Assembly: GCA_964244895.1 (NCBI GenBank)
Contig: CAXTKV010000038.1
Location: 1 to 16,223, forward strand
DNA: 16,223 nt
Direction: 5' to 3'
Origin: an uncultured Deinococcales bacterium
Lineage (GTDB): Bacteria > Deinococcota > Deinococci > Deinococcales > JAAFIG01
The notes beneath the pieces were generated by a model. The model was not told where the DNA came from. It did not search any database and worked only from the letters and a program-made list of their open reading frames with translations. Of the stretch, positions 1-8,418 are shown piece by piece. The position numbers were made by a program, and so were the translations under genes. The first letter of the stretch is position 1. Each line of letters opens with the position of its first letter.

Positions 1-2
1 CA

Positions 3-470
3 GCCGATACGTTGTTGCTGAGCGGACGCACTTCATTTCTGGGAAACAAGGATTACTGGCTGAGCGTGCCGAATAACCCCAACGCCACCCCGATCAGACG
101 TGAGATTGCAGAGCTTCAGACCCGTATCGAGAAAATCGTCGTTTCAGACAAGATCACCAGCGATGAGTTGGCACCCTGGGACAACACCCGGATCATCAGA
201 TTGGCGGATGCGCGCAAGGAAATCGCCGCGCTCAAGCAGCAACCCGGCAAAGACATCCTGATCTTCATGGGTCGCATGCTCTGGAACGACCTGCTCGTTC
301 ACGGCCTGGTAGATGAACTGCACCTGACGATTTTTCCGTCGATCGCGGGTGAAGGGACGCCGCTGTTCGTCGGTCGCCCGCCCGTGTCGCTCAAACTGAT
401 TCGCTCGCAAACCTGGGAAGGCTCCGGCAACATCCTCGCGTGTTATGCCCCGAGCCTCAAAAAGTCATGA
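3..470 (+). CDS. RibD C-terminal / dihydrofolate reductase family protein (5'-partial)
   Basis: Frame is open from the window edge ([12 protein letters not shown]). It carries the family motifs [20 protein letters not shown] and [22 protein letters not shown]. Stop TGA at 468-470. Confidence 0.85.
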   Translation, partial: ADTLLLSGRTSFLGNKDYWLSVPNNPNATPIRREIAELQTRIEKIVVSDKITSDELAPWDNTRIIRLADARKEIAALKQQPGKDILIFMGRMLWNDLLVHGLVDELHLTIFPSIAGEGTPLFVGRPPVSLKLIRSQTWEGSGNILACYAPSLKKS

Positions 471-546
471 ATAGAGGTGCGCTCCAGGATGACTTCGAGC
501 ACCCGAACGCGTCCCCACCCGTCGCGGAAGCCTGAGCGCGCAAGCG

Positions 547-552
547 TAACCT
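547..552 (+). promoter_or_regulatory. Putative -10 box (TAACCT) of a leaderless transcript
   Basis: TANNNT lies 6 nt before ATG 559, with no Shine-Dalgarno. Confidence 0.5.
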
Positions 553-558
553 CGAGAC

Positions 559-1191
559 ATGGGCCTTTCCATCAACATCGGTTACCTCGCCGATCTCGAG
601 CAGAATGACGCCGAGGGCGCCACCTGGTTCAAGGAAAACCTTGGGCAATTGAACGCGATCCTCGAGCAAAACGGGCTTCGAGCGCACCGTGAAGCCCGTC
701 CTCCCGAACCGATATCCACGCGTGCGGATCACGTCAGCTTTCCGTACTCGTTCCTGCAGTACCTGCGTCGGGTGTACGCGCGCTCGAAACGAGATTCGGG
801 CTGGAGAGCAGAACCGCTCGAAGCCGGTCGAAATCCAACAGAAGACGAAGTGCTGGACGAAGAAATGTTCATGTTCGAGAGTCACCTGCTGAACCATTCG
901 GATGCGGAAGGGTACTACGTCCCGCAAGATTTCGAGGACGTGATCTAAGACGACACCGTTCCCGGTGGGATGATCGGCTCGAGCCAACATCTTTTGCGCG
1001 AGTTAATTCAGACCGCACCCGCTTTGAACATCGCGCTCGAGAACAGAGCACTCTCCGACGGTGAGGCGCAAAGAATCAACCGCCTGGGCGAATCCGATAC
1101 GGGTTTGTACCGCGAATACACCGTCTGGATTGCGCTTTTCGAGGCTGCTCGCACCAGCATCGAGTACGACACGCTGATCGTTTTTGGCTGA
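559..1191 (+). pseudogene. Hypothetical protein interrupted by one in-frame TAA (946-948)
   Basis: ORFs 559..948 and 970..1191 share a frame and read through as HSDAEGYYVPQDFEDVI*DDTVPGGMIGSSQHLLREL. There is no convincing RBS for ATG 970. Confidence 0.7.
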
Positions 1192-1199
1192 CCCATAAA

Positions 1200-1252
1200 A
1201 ACACCGTCCCACACGATGTTCTCGAGAAATCAATATTTGCGTCCTGGACGGT
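1200..1252. repeat. REP/MITE-like palindromic element, degenerate copy
   Basis: AACACCGTCC at 1200-1209 and GGACGGT at 1246-1252. Confidence 0.7.
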
Positions 1253-1278
1253 CTGCTCGTCCCGACCTGGAGGAAATT

Positions 1279-1740
1279 ATGGTTCCTGAATGCATTCTGA
1301 TTACCCGAGAAGAGGACTATCACACCGACCAGGTCGGCACGTACGGTGACGGGAATCAATTCATGGGATTCGTCACGGCCACCTTGCCGCAGACGCCGGG
1401 ATTGAAGGACTGGAAGTGGCACAAACGGTGGTACGCCGTGCTGCACACCTTCGACGCGGATGGAACGCACCTGGGTACGCACGCCTGGTTTGCGGGAACG
1501 ACCGCCAAGGGCGAACGTGACGCGATCGAGCGCGCCGAAACGAGACTCGAGGAAATGCTTACCAGTCTCGGCTCAATCAGGTTTGAAGACGTGAACATCA
1601 AGTTGTTTCAGGTCGAGGTGGACGGTCAAACCTTCGGTCTGGTCGATGCGTCCGAACCCGAAGAAGATTACGAATCGATCCATTTGCTCCCGAACGACCT
1701 GGCGTTTTTTGAACCCTGGGACGGAACCTACGATACCTGA
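1279..1740 (+). CDS. Acidic hypothetical protein ending PWDGTYDT (153 aa)
   Basis: GGAGGA RBS at 1269-1274 precedes ATG 1279, in frame with track ORF 1216..1740. The upstream extension lies inside a repeat element. Confidence 0.8.
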   Translation: MVPECILITREEDYHTDQVGTYGDGNQFMGFVTATLPQTPGLKDWKWHKRWYAVLHTFDADGTHLGTHAWFAGTTAKGERDAIERAETRLEEMLTSLGSIRFEDVNIKLFQVEVDGQTFGLVDASEPEEDYESIHLLPNDLAFFEPWDGTYDT

Positions 1741-1799
1741 ACACCGTCCGGGACGGCGTTTTCGAGGGACCAATATCTTCGTACTGGACGGTGTTCAGG
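1736..1799. repeat. REP/MITE-like palindromic element overlapping the upstream stop codon
   Basis: Perfect 14-bp inverted repeat CCTGAACACCGTCC (1736-1749) / GGACGGTGTTCAGG (1786-1799), with an internal short palindrome at 1740-1760. Confidence 0.8.
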
Positions 1800-1870
1800 C
1801 TCGAGCAAGCCAACGCAGCTCGAGCCTGGGGCTGCCGTGCCAAATTTCGCGCGTTCAAACGCCCGCGCCT

Positions 1871-1879
1871 TGATAGGCT
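1871..1879 (+). promoter_or_regulatory. Putative extended -10 promoter (TGaTAGGCT) for the VWA gene
   Basis: TGn + TANNNT about 70 nt upstream of GTG 1952. Confidence 0.4.
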
Positions 1880-1951
1880 GAAAATTCAACCAGCTTCTCG
1901 AGCACGCATTTCTCGGGTTCAACTCTCGCCGCTTCGCATCAGGGGGTTTTC

Positions 1952-3787
1952 GTGATCAAGACAGAGTTCGCCTTCTCGCAGGCCATCCTTCCGACCAGGA
2001 ACGCGACCACCGTGGATTTGCTGGTGCGCTTTCGCGCGGAGGTCGCGCAGAAGCCGCGCCGCCGCCTGAACCTGTCACTGGTGATCGATCGTTCGGGTTC
2101 GATGGCGGGCTCGGCCTTGCGGAACGCGCTCCTGGCGGCGCAGGCCGTGGTGGACGTGCTGGAACCCGACGATACCTTCAGCGTCGTGACCTTCGACGAC
2201 ACGATCTCCACGCTGATTCCGCCGCAGCACCCGACGGACAAGAAAGCCCTCAAGGACAAGATTCGCGGCGTGCGCGCGGGCGGCGCGACGAATCTTTCGG
2301 GCGGCTGGATCGAGGGTTGCAAGCACGTCAAGGCGCACCACGACGCGCAGAAACTCAACCGCGTGCTGCTCTTGACGGACGGCGAGGCCAACGAGGGCAT
2401 CACCAATCCCAAAATCCTGACCAACACCGCCAAAGAAAAGATGGAAGAGGGCATCGTCACGACCACGCTGGGTTTCGGCAGCGGCTTCAACGAGGACTTG
2501 CTGATCGGCATGGCTCGGGCCGCGTCGGGCAATTTTTATTACATTCAGTCCACCGACGAGGCCACGCAGGTCTTCGAGATCGAACTCGAGAGCCTGAAAT
2601 CGGTGGTCGCGCAGAATTTGATGGCGACGTTGACGCTGGAACCGGGCGTCAGCATCGGTGAAGTCCTGAGCCTGGCCAAGACGGAAACCAAAGGCAACCA
2701 GATCATCTTGACGCTCGGGGATGTCTACGAGGGCGAGGACAAGATTCTGGGCTTGACCCTGAACCTGCCCGAGTACGCCAGCGCGGGCGCGCACACGGCG
2801 CTGAAATTGTCGTTCACCGCCGACGCCATCGAGGACGACGCGATTAAACCGACCGCAGGCGATTTAACCGTGGCGGTCACGGCGGGCAGCCTCGAGGACG
2901 CGATGAGCGCCGCGAGCAGTGGCATCACCGCCGAGATCGCGCGTTTGCGCGTGGCCCGCGCCAAGGAACGCGCGCTGGAACTCTCCGATGCGAACAAGCA
3001 CGCGGAGGCCGAAAAAATTCTACGCGACCTGATCGCGGACTTGCGCGCCAAAGGCCTGCACGAGAACTTCGAGATCGCCGAGGAAATCGAACAGCTCGAG
3101 TATTTCGCCAACCGCATCGGCAAGAAATCGCTGTCCGGTGACGCCCGCAAGGAATTGCTCGATCAGTCCTTCCAGGGGTTGCGCCGCAACCGCGCCGACC
3201 TGACCGGGCGCGGTTCGACCGGTGGCGACGACGTGGGCGGTCTGCCGATCGTCAACGACGCTGGCGCTGGCGTCGAACTGGTGTGCGTCCGCGAGGGCGG
3301 CAAGTTGCGCGTCAAGGTCGTGACGCCCGGCTTTGACGAGAACCTGAACGTGCAATTCCCGCGCGCCATCCGCGCGGAAGGCGTGCGTTACGCGGTGGAA
3401 CGCCTCGAGCATTCGTCCGACGGCAGCTTCTACCGCGCCATCGGCAACATCTCGCGCCTGCTGCGCCCCGGCGAGGCGGACACCTACACCGCGCCGCGCC
3501 GCTCGGGGCGCGTCAGCACCGGCAAGGCGTCTACCGCGCCCGCCACCGCCGCCGACCTGCCGACCACCGATGAGATCAGCGACGGCGTACTGGTGCAGGT
3601 CGTCAAGGACGGCAGCAAACTGCGCGCCCGCGTCGTGTCCGACGGCTACGATCACACCTGGAACATGCGCTTTCCCCGCTCCATCCGCGAGGACGGCATG
3701 CTCTACGTGGTGGATGAGGTCACGGCCAACCCGGATGGCAAATCGTATATCGCGTGCGGCGCGATCAAGCGTTTCGTGCAGACCTGA
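1952..3787 (+). CDS. VWA-domain protein (YfbK/ChlD-like vWA) with two tandem copies of an uncharacterised C-terminal domain
   Basis: MIDAS motif DRSGSM, GGATN and LLTDG. AGGGGG RBS at 1941-1946. The C-terminal repeats lie at 3272-3460 and 3587-3775. Confidence 0.9.
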   Translation: MIKTEFAFSQAILPTRNATTVDLLVRFRAEVAQKPRRRLNLSLVIDRSGSMAGSALRNALLAAQAVVDVLEPDDTFSVVTFDDTISTLIPPQHPTDKKALKDKIRGVRAGGATNLSGGWIEGCKHVKAHHDAQKLNRVLLLTDGEANEGITNPKILTNTAKEKMEEGIVTTTLGFGSGFNEDLLIGMARAASGNFYYIQSTDEATQVFEIELESLKSVVAQNLMATLTLEPGVSIGEVLSLAKTETKGNQIILTLGDVYEGEDKILGLTLNLPEYASAGAHTALKLSFTADAIEDDAIKPTAGDLTVAVTAGSLEDAMSAASSGITAEIARLRVARAKERALELSDANKHAEAEKILRDLIADLRAKGLHENFEIAEEIEQLEYFANRIGKKSLSGDARKELLDQSFQGLRRNRADLTGRGSTGGDDVGGLPIVNDAGAGVELVCVREGGKLRVKVVTPGFDENLNVQFPRAIRAEGVRYAVERLEHSSDGSFYRAIGNISRLLRPGEADTYTAPRRSGRVSTGKASTAPATAADLPTTDEISDGVLVQVVKDGSKLRARVVSDGYDHTWNMRFPRSIREDGMLYVVDEVTANPDGKSYIACGAIKRFVQT

Positions 3788-3809
3788 ATCGAAGCTCGAG
3801 CAATCAGAG

Positions 3810-3846
3810 CACCGTCCAGCACGCAAATTGATGAATGCGTGCTGGA
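3810..3846. repeat. REP/MITE-like palindromic element
   Basis: CACCGTCCAGCACGCA, with 11-bp inverted repeat TCCAGCACGCA (3815-3825) / TGCGTGCTGGA (3836-3846), between convergent genes. Confidence 0.75.
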
Positions 3847-3940
3847 GAGCGAGTAGCCCATCAGGTGCTATCCCATGAGCAAGAAGCGCGAATAGCCCGG
3901 TAGCGATCCTGGCCGTAAGGTGCATGCTCAGGATCAAGAA

Positions 3941-3965
3941 GGTGCTGTCCAGAACGGTGTTCTCG
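3941..3965. repeat. Degenerate short copy of the palindromic element
   Basis: GGTGCTGTCCAGAACGGTGTTCTCG matches the right arm GGACGGTGTTCTC. Confidence 0.55.
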
Positions 3966-4002
3966 TGTATCGCGCGGCCCGCTCGTCCGACTCGAGAAGT
4001 GT

Positions 4003-4995
4003 TCAGAACTTCAACGCCAACGCGCCGAAGGTCAATCCCGCTCCCGTTCCGGCCAACACCACGCGGTCGCCCCTGGCAATTCGCCCGGAGCTCACCGCCT
4101 CGCACAGCGCCAACGGAATGCTGGCCGCAACGCAGTTGCCTCGGGTCGCCAGGTTCGTGACGACCTGCGATGCCTGAAACCCGAGGCGCTTGTGAACCTG
4201 CTCGACCCCGTGGCGGCTGGCCTGGTGCGGCACGAAAGCGTCCAGGTCTTCGGGTTGCCAGCCGATGCCGTCCATGAAGCTGTCCACGAAGGCTTTCATG
4301 TGCGTCAGGGCGTGGCGAAAAATGGCGGGGCCATCCATGCGAAAAAGGTGGAGTTCGGGTCGATCGATCGCGAATGGCGGTCGGTGCAGCGTGCCGCCGC
4401 CCCGGATTTCGGTCAGGCTCGCACCGCTCGAGAAGGTCTGGAATCGCGCGCCGTGAATCGCGCTGGCGTCCGTCGAAACGCGCACCACGGCGGCCACGGC
4501 GGCATCCCCGAAGAGCGTGGCGCTCTGTGGATCATCGGGATCGAGGGATGGCGAGGCGATCTCGGATGAGAAGATCAGCACGTTCTTGTACTGCCCGAGC
4601 GCGATGTTCTGCGCGGCGCTGTGCAGCGCAAACAAGAAGCTCAGGCAGGTGGTGTTGACATCCCAGCAGGCGCTCGCACCGTCCGGTGCGCCCAGCGCGC
4701 GTTGCACCAGTGCGGCAGTGCAGGGGATCGCCTGCTGCGGTGCGCTCGAGGCTCCGATGATCGCATCAACGGCGGCGAGCTTCACGCCCGCCCGCTCGAG
4801 CGCGAGCTGCGCCGCCTCGACCGCCATCGAGACGGTCGTGTCGCGCTCGCTGGCGTAGCGCCGTTCCAGCACGCCCGTGCGCCGCGCAATCCAGCCCGGC
4901 GCGAGCCCGAACCGCGCCTCGAGTTCGGCGTTCTTCACGACGCGTTCGGGCAGATACGCGCCCAGACCGGCGATGGTGACGGGCATTGCTGGCAC
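4003..4995 (-). CDS. 3-oxoacyl-ACP synthase III (FabH/OleA-like) family protein
   Basis: Cys-His-Asn triad (NTTCLSF, PHQAS, RGNCVAAS), plus LFGDAA and GTGAGLT. Start is GTG 4995 or ATG 4986. Confidence 0.92.
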   Translation of the reverse strand: MPAMPVTIAGLGAYLPERVVKNAELEARFGLAPGWIARRTGVLERRYASERDTTVSMAVEAAQLALERAGVKLAAVDAIIGASSAPQQAIPCTAALVQRALGAPDGASACWDVNTTCLSFLFALHSAAQNIALGQYKNVLIFSSEIASPSLDPDDPQSATLFGDAAVAAVVRVSTDASAIHGARFQTFSSGASLTEIRGGGTLHRPPFAIDRPELHLFRMDGPAIFRHALTHMKAFVDSFMDGIGWQPEDLDAFVPHQASRHGVEQVHKRLGFQASQVVTNLATRGNCVAASIPLALCEAVSSGRIARGDRVVLAGTGAGLTFGALALKF

Positions 4996-5000
4996 GGCTC

Positions 5001-5006
5001 ATGCTA
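5001..5006 (-). promoter_or_regulatory. Possible internal -10 box (TAGCAT) for the KAS III gene, overlapping the upstream TAG stop
   Basis: Minus strand reads TAGCAT-GAGCC-GTG, with no strong SD. Confidence 0.35.
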
Positions 5007-6326
5007 ACGCAGCCGCTTGACGCGTCGGCGTTTGATGTTCGCCACCTGCGGCGCGATGCCGAGCGTCACGCTCAGCTTCGCGTCGCGGATGCCGTACCGC
5101 GCCAGTTCGCGCCTCAGGCTTTCCTGCACGGCCTGAATCGCTGCGGGTTCAGAACCGGGCGCGACCTCGAGAAAAACATGCAACTCATCTGGCGCGGATT
5201 GCTCGGCGGCGTATTCCGTGATTCGATCCGACGCCAGCAGCACGGCGCGGCGGATGGTGTCCGGGAAAACCAGTCGCGGGCCATCAGCGCCCCGGAATTC
5301 GAGCGTGTCGTCGCTGCGACCCTCGATGCTGGCGATCGTGCGCCACGGGTTGCCGCAGGCGCACGGGCTGGATTCCGCGATCAACACGTCGTTCAGCCGG
5401 TAGCGCACGATCGGTTGCGTGCGCCGCCAGAGGTCGGTCAGCACGGGCGAGAACCTGGAATTGGACGCATCACCAATCGCGGGCTCGAGTTGCACGACCA
5501 TCAGGTCTTCCATCAAATGCAGCCGTCCAGCGCGGCACGACGCGGCGATCAGCCCTTCGGTCGCCTGGTAAATCTGGTGAACCGCGACGCCGAACGCGGC
5601 CTCCAGTGCGGTCTCGTCCTGCGGCTCGAGAACTTCCGCGACCGCGATCACCTGGCGCGGACGGATGCGGGCATTCGCCAAGGCCAGCAGCATCGAAGGC
5701 GGCGCGACCAGCACGCTCGGATCGAGCGCCTCGAGTTCGGCCACCGCCTGCGGGATCGGCGTCATCAGATCGAAATACCGAAAACGCAAGCGCCCCTGCC
5801 CGACGCGTTCGTAGAGGTTGCTGTTGGCGCGCAAAAAAAACGCGATGCGTTCACCGCGCAGCGCGGTCTCCAGGGGCGGGCGGTGCAGGGCCCTCGCCAG
5901 GATCGCACCCGCCCAGGCCGCCGTCTCGAGCGGGCTGACCAGGAACACGCCGCGATGTCCGCTCGTGCCGGACGACAAGCCGACCGTCAGGGCTTGAGCG
6001 GATGCGCCGCGCAGCACGGGGCGAAAATCGCGTTCGCGTTCCGCGCGCAGGGCGACCTCGAGCGCCGCCTCTCGGCTCACGCCAGCCGTGTTGAAATTCG
6101 TGAAGTGTTCCATCATCAGCCGCTTGTCCACCGTCGGTAACGCGCGCCAGTCGTGAAGGTCGTGCCCCGCCCAGTGCGCGCGGTAGAAACCCGAACGCTC
6201 GTTGACCCAGCGCACCAGCTTGATCGCCCTGGCGTTCTGAAATGCCTCGAGCTTCGCGCCGCCCAGATCGCGCCAGCGCCGTTTCGCACCGATGTAGTGC
6301 CGCAGCGTCTCGAGATTCGGGTTCAT
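5004..6326 (-). CDS. Adenylate-forming enzyme, F390 synthetase / phenylacetate-CoA ligase (PaaK)-like
   Basis: Motifs LSSGTSGHRG, QIYQATEG, TDLWRRTQPIVRYRLND and IEGRSDD. Likely start is ATG 6326, because the extension to 6569 runs through repeat DNA. Confidence 0.88.
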   Translation of the reverse strand: MNPNLETLRHYIGAKRRWRDLGGAKLEAFQNARAIKLVRWVNERSGFYRAHWAGHDLHDWRALPTVDKRLMMEHFTNFNTAGVSREAALEVALRAERERDFRPVLRGASAQALTVGLSSGTSGHRGVFLVSPLETAAWAGAILARALHRPPLETALRGERIAFFLRANSNLYERVGQGRLRFRYFDLMTPIPQAVAELEALDPSVLVAPPSMLLALANARIRPRQVIAVAEVLEPQDETALEAAFGVAVHQIYQATEGLIAASCRAGRLHLMEDLMVVQLEPAIGDASNSRFSPVLTDLWRRTQPIVRYRLNDVLIAESSPCACGNPWRTIASIEGRSDDTLEFRGADGPRLVFPDTIRRAVLLASDRITEYAAEQSAPDELHVFLEVAPGSEPAAIQAVQESLRRELARYGIRDAKLSVTLGIAPQVANIKRRRVKRLR

Positions 6327-6401
6327 GCGCAACCCATTTGAACCCGCCTGAGAATCCGTGAGCCGACCTCGGCGCCATCGACGCGCCTCGAGCCCCAACC
6401 G

Positions 6402-6443
6402 ACCGTCATTCCGAGGAGGTGAACCATCATCCCGAGGAAGTGA
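6402..6443. repeat. Imperfect 21-bp tandem duplication
   Basis: ACCGTCATTCCGAGGAGGTGA / ACCATCATCCCGAGGAAGTGA, 18/21 identical. Confidence 0.7.
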
Positions 6444-6561
6444 GACGAAGAATCTTTCGCCGTGCCTCTGGCTCGATGGGTCGCGTGCGACAGTGTTCTC
6501 GGGGTTTTGAATAAAGAAAAATCCTGGGCTGGAATCGGGGTGAAACCCTGAGCGCGCTCGA

Positions 6562-6613
6562 GAGAACACCGTCCGGGACGCATACCGTAATTCGCGTGCA
6601 GGACGGTGTTCTC
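6562..6613. repeat. REP/MITE-like palindromic element
   Basis: Perfect 13-bp inverted repeat GAGAACACCGTCC (6562-6574) / GGACGGTGTTCTC (6601-6613). Confidence 0.85.
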
Positions 6614-6630
6614 GCGTGCGGAATGCGAGA

Positions 6631-7452
6631 TCACAGCGTCACGGCGGTTCCCGGCGGAACCACCGCCGCGAATTCCGGGCAGTGCGTCGGCACGATGCGC
6701 ACGTCGGGCCGATCGAGGTGAAAGCGGTGCAACCTGTCCAACGTCTGAATTGTCGCCGCAGGATCGTCAAAGAACGCGCGAAGCGGCACGGCATCCGGCG
6801 GGCGGTTCTGTCGGAAAGCTGCCGATAGCCACGCGCCATCGGCGGCCAGCAGCGTCCGGCACGGTTCGATGTACGCGCCGATCTGTCCTCTGGCGTGGCC
6901 CGGCAAGGGCATCAAGCGCACCGTGCCGTCCCCAAAAAGATCGTGGGTCGCACCGAAGGGTGCGAGTGGTGCGTCGGTGAACTCGCGGATGACCTGGGCG
7001 CGATCTTCCAGGTCGTCCGGCGCGAGCATCGGCACGAAGCCGTGGCGCAACGCCCGCAAACCGCGCAGCCCGGACACCTCGAGCGCCCGTTGACTGAGCA
7101 CGATCCTGGCATCCGGGAAATCCTTCAGACCGCCGATGTGATCCGCGTGCAAGTGCGAAACGATCACCAAGCGCACATCCGAAGCCTTGAACCCCGAGCG
7201 CTCGAGTTGCGCCGCCGCGCCCCATTCCGGGCGCGCCGTGGTCGGCGTCAGGGCGCGGTAAACCCAGAACGGAAAGACCCCGAAAGCGTCCAGCACTCGG
7301 GGCGCGTAACCGGTGTCAAACAGCACCAGCCCGCGCGGGTGTTCCAGCAACGCGCAGAGGGCGTGCGCGGTGGTCGCTCGGCGCGGCGCACCGCGCATCA
7401 AATGGTGCTCGGAAGCCGCGCAGAAACCCGTGTTGAGCAACCAGAGTTTCAC
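6631..7452 (-). CDS. MBL-fold metallo-hydrolase
   Basis: LFDTG, HLHADH (HxHxDH), LPGHARG and PTH. GTG start overlaps the SDR stop (GTGA). Confidence 0.92.
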   Translation of the reverse strand: MKLWLLNTGFCAASEHHLMRGAPRRATTAHALCALLEHPRGLVLFDTGYAPRVLDAFGVFPFWVYRALTPTTARPEWGAAAQLERSGFKASDVRLVIVSHLHADHIGGLKDFPDARIVLSQRALEVSGLRGLRALRHGFVPMLAPDDLEDRAQVIREFTDAPLAPFGATHDLFGDGTVRLMPLPGHARGQIGAYIEPCRTLLAADGAWLSAAFRQNRPPDAVPLRAFFDDPAATIQTLDRLHRFHLDRPDVRIVPTHCPEFAAVVPPGTAVTL

Positions 7453-8408
7453 GCGCCCCTCCAGGCCTGAAGCGTGCGCTCGAGGCCATCTTCAAAGGAA
7501 ACCTGAGGTGCGTAGCCCAGTTCAGTTCTGGCCCTGAAAATCTCGTAGGTCTGCGTGCGCGCCAGAAGGTTGACCGTGTAGCGCGTCAGGTGCGGTTCGC
7601 GCCCGGTGATGCCCGCCGCGAACTCCATGCCCGACGCGAGCGGCAGCGCCGCCCAGAGCGGCAGCGCGGGCAGTCGGCTCGAGACGCCCAACCGCGTCAG
7701 CAGGGTGCGGATCGCATCCCACAGGCGCACGGCTTGGCCACCCGTGACCGTGTACGGCACGCGGCCAGCTTGTCCGCGCTCGAGCGCCAGCAGAATCGCG
7801 CCCACCGCATCCGAAACATAGGTCAGTTCTATGGCGTTCTGACCGTCCCCGATCTGCGGCAAGCGCCCGGCGCGCGCTGCGGCCACCAGGCGCGGCAGCA
7901 AGGATCGGTCTCCTGGGCCGTAGATCGCCTTCGGGCGCAAAATGATGGCCTCGACTGGGCTGGCGCGCACCGCGTCCTCGGCGAGCTTCTTGGTCAGCGC
8001 GTAATACGAAGAAAACCGCGCCGGGAAGGGCGCATCGTCTGGGGTATTGATCTGATCGAACCCATCAAAAATCACCGCCGGGCTCGAGATGTGAACCAGA
8101 CGTCGCACGCCGTGCCGCGCGCAGGCGTCCAGGACGTGACGGGTTCCAGTCAGGTTGAGCGCCACGAAATCATCGCGCTTGCCCCAGGCGGCGGACAACG
8201 CGGCGGTGTGCACTACGGCGTCCACGCCCGCGCAGGCTCGAGCCACCGCCGCGCCATCCCGCAAGTCGGCCAAGACGGTCCGCGCCTGGATCCCGGAGAG
8301 CCGCTCTGGGTCGCGCCCCATCGCGAGAACCTCGTGGCCTGCGGCGATCAGCGCCCCGACCGTGTGCGCGCCCAGAAAACCGGTCGCGCCCGTGACCAGC
8401 ACCTTCAT
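7449..8408 (-). CDS. NAD-dependent epimerase/dehydratase, 3-beta-HSD/OleD-like extended SDR
   Basis: TGATGFLG, YALTK (YxxxK) and LRPKAIYGPGD. GGAG RBS before the ATG. Confidence 0.92.
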   Translation of the reverse strand: MKVLVTGATGFLGAHTVGALIAAGHEVLAMGRDPERLSGIQARTVLADLRDGAAVARACAGVDAVVHTAALSAAWGKRDDFVALNLTGTRHVLDACARHGVRRLVHISSPAVIFDGFDQINTPDDAPFPARFSSYYALTKKLAEDAVRASPVEAIILRPKAIYGPGDRSLLPRLVAAARAGRLPQIGDGQNAIELTYVSDAVGAILLALERGQAGRVPYTVTGGQAVRLWDAIRTLLTRLGVSSRLPALPLWAALPLASGMEFAAGITGREPHLTRYTVNLLARTQTYEIFRARTELGYAPQVSFEDGLERTLQAWRGA

Positions 8409-8418
8409 GGCTCTCCAT

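Noticed and set aside
475..553. Imperfect hairpin GCGCTCCAGG...CCTGAGCGC in the first intergenic gap as an ncRNA or riboswitch
   Set aside because: The stem is short for GC-rich DNA and no riboswitch consensus is recognisable.
1736..1799. Integron attC interpretation of the AAC...GTT palindromes
   Set aside because: The flanks do not fit RYYYAAC/GTTRRRY well, no consistent extrahelical bases are seen, copies also lie between convergent and divergent genes, and no integrase is present.
6327..6569. N-terminal extensions in the ORF track (also 1216-1278, 12268-12339, 13078-13164, 15480-15539)
   Set aside because: They run through repeat or promoter DNA, and downstream starts have better RBS, -10 or family-like N-termini.
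4003..8408. Calling the cluster oleABCD, or the KAS III fabH
   Set aside because: There is no alpha/beta-hydrolase OleB, the adenylating enzyme is PaaK/F390-like rather than OleC-like, and there is no fab-operon context. The comparison is kept only as an analogy.
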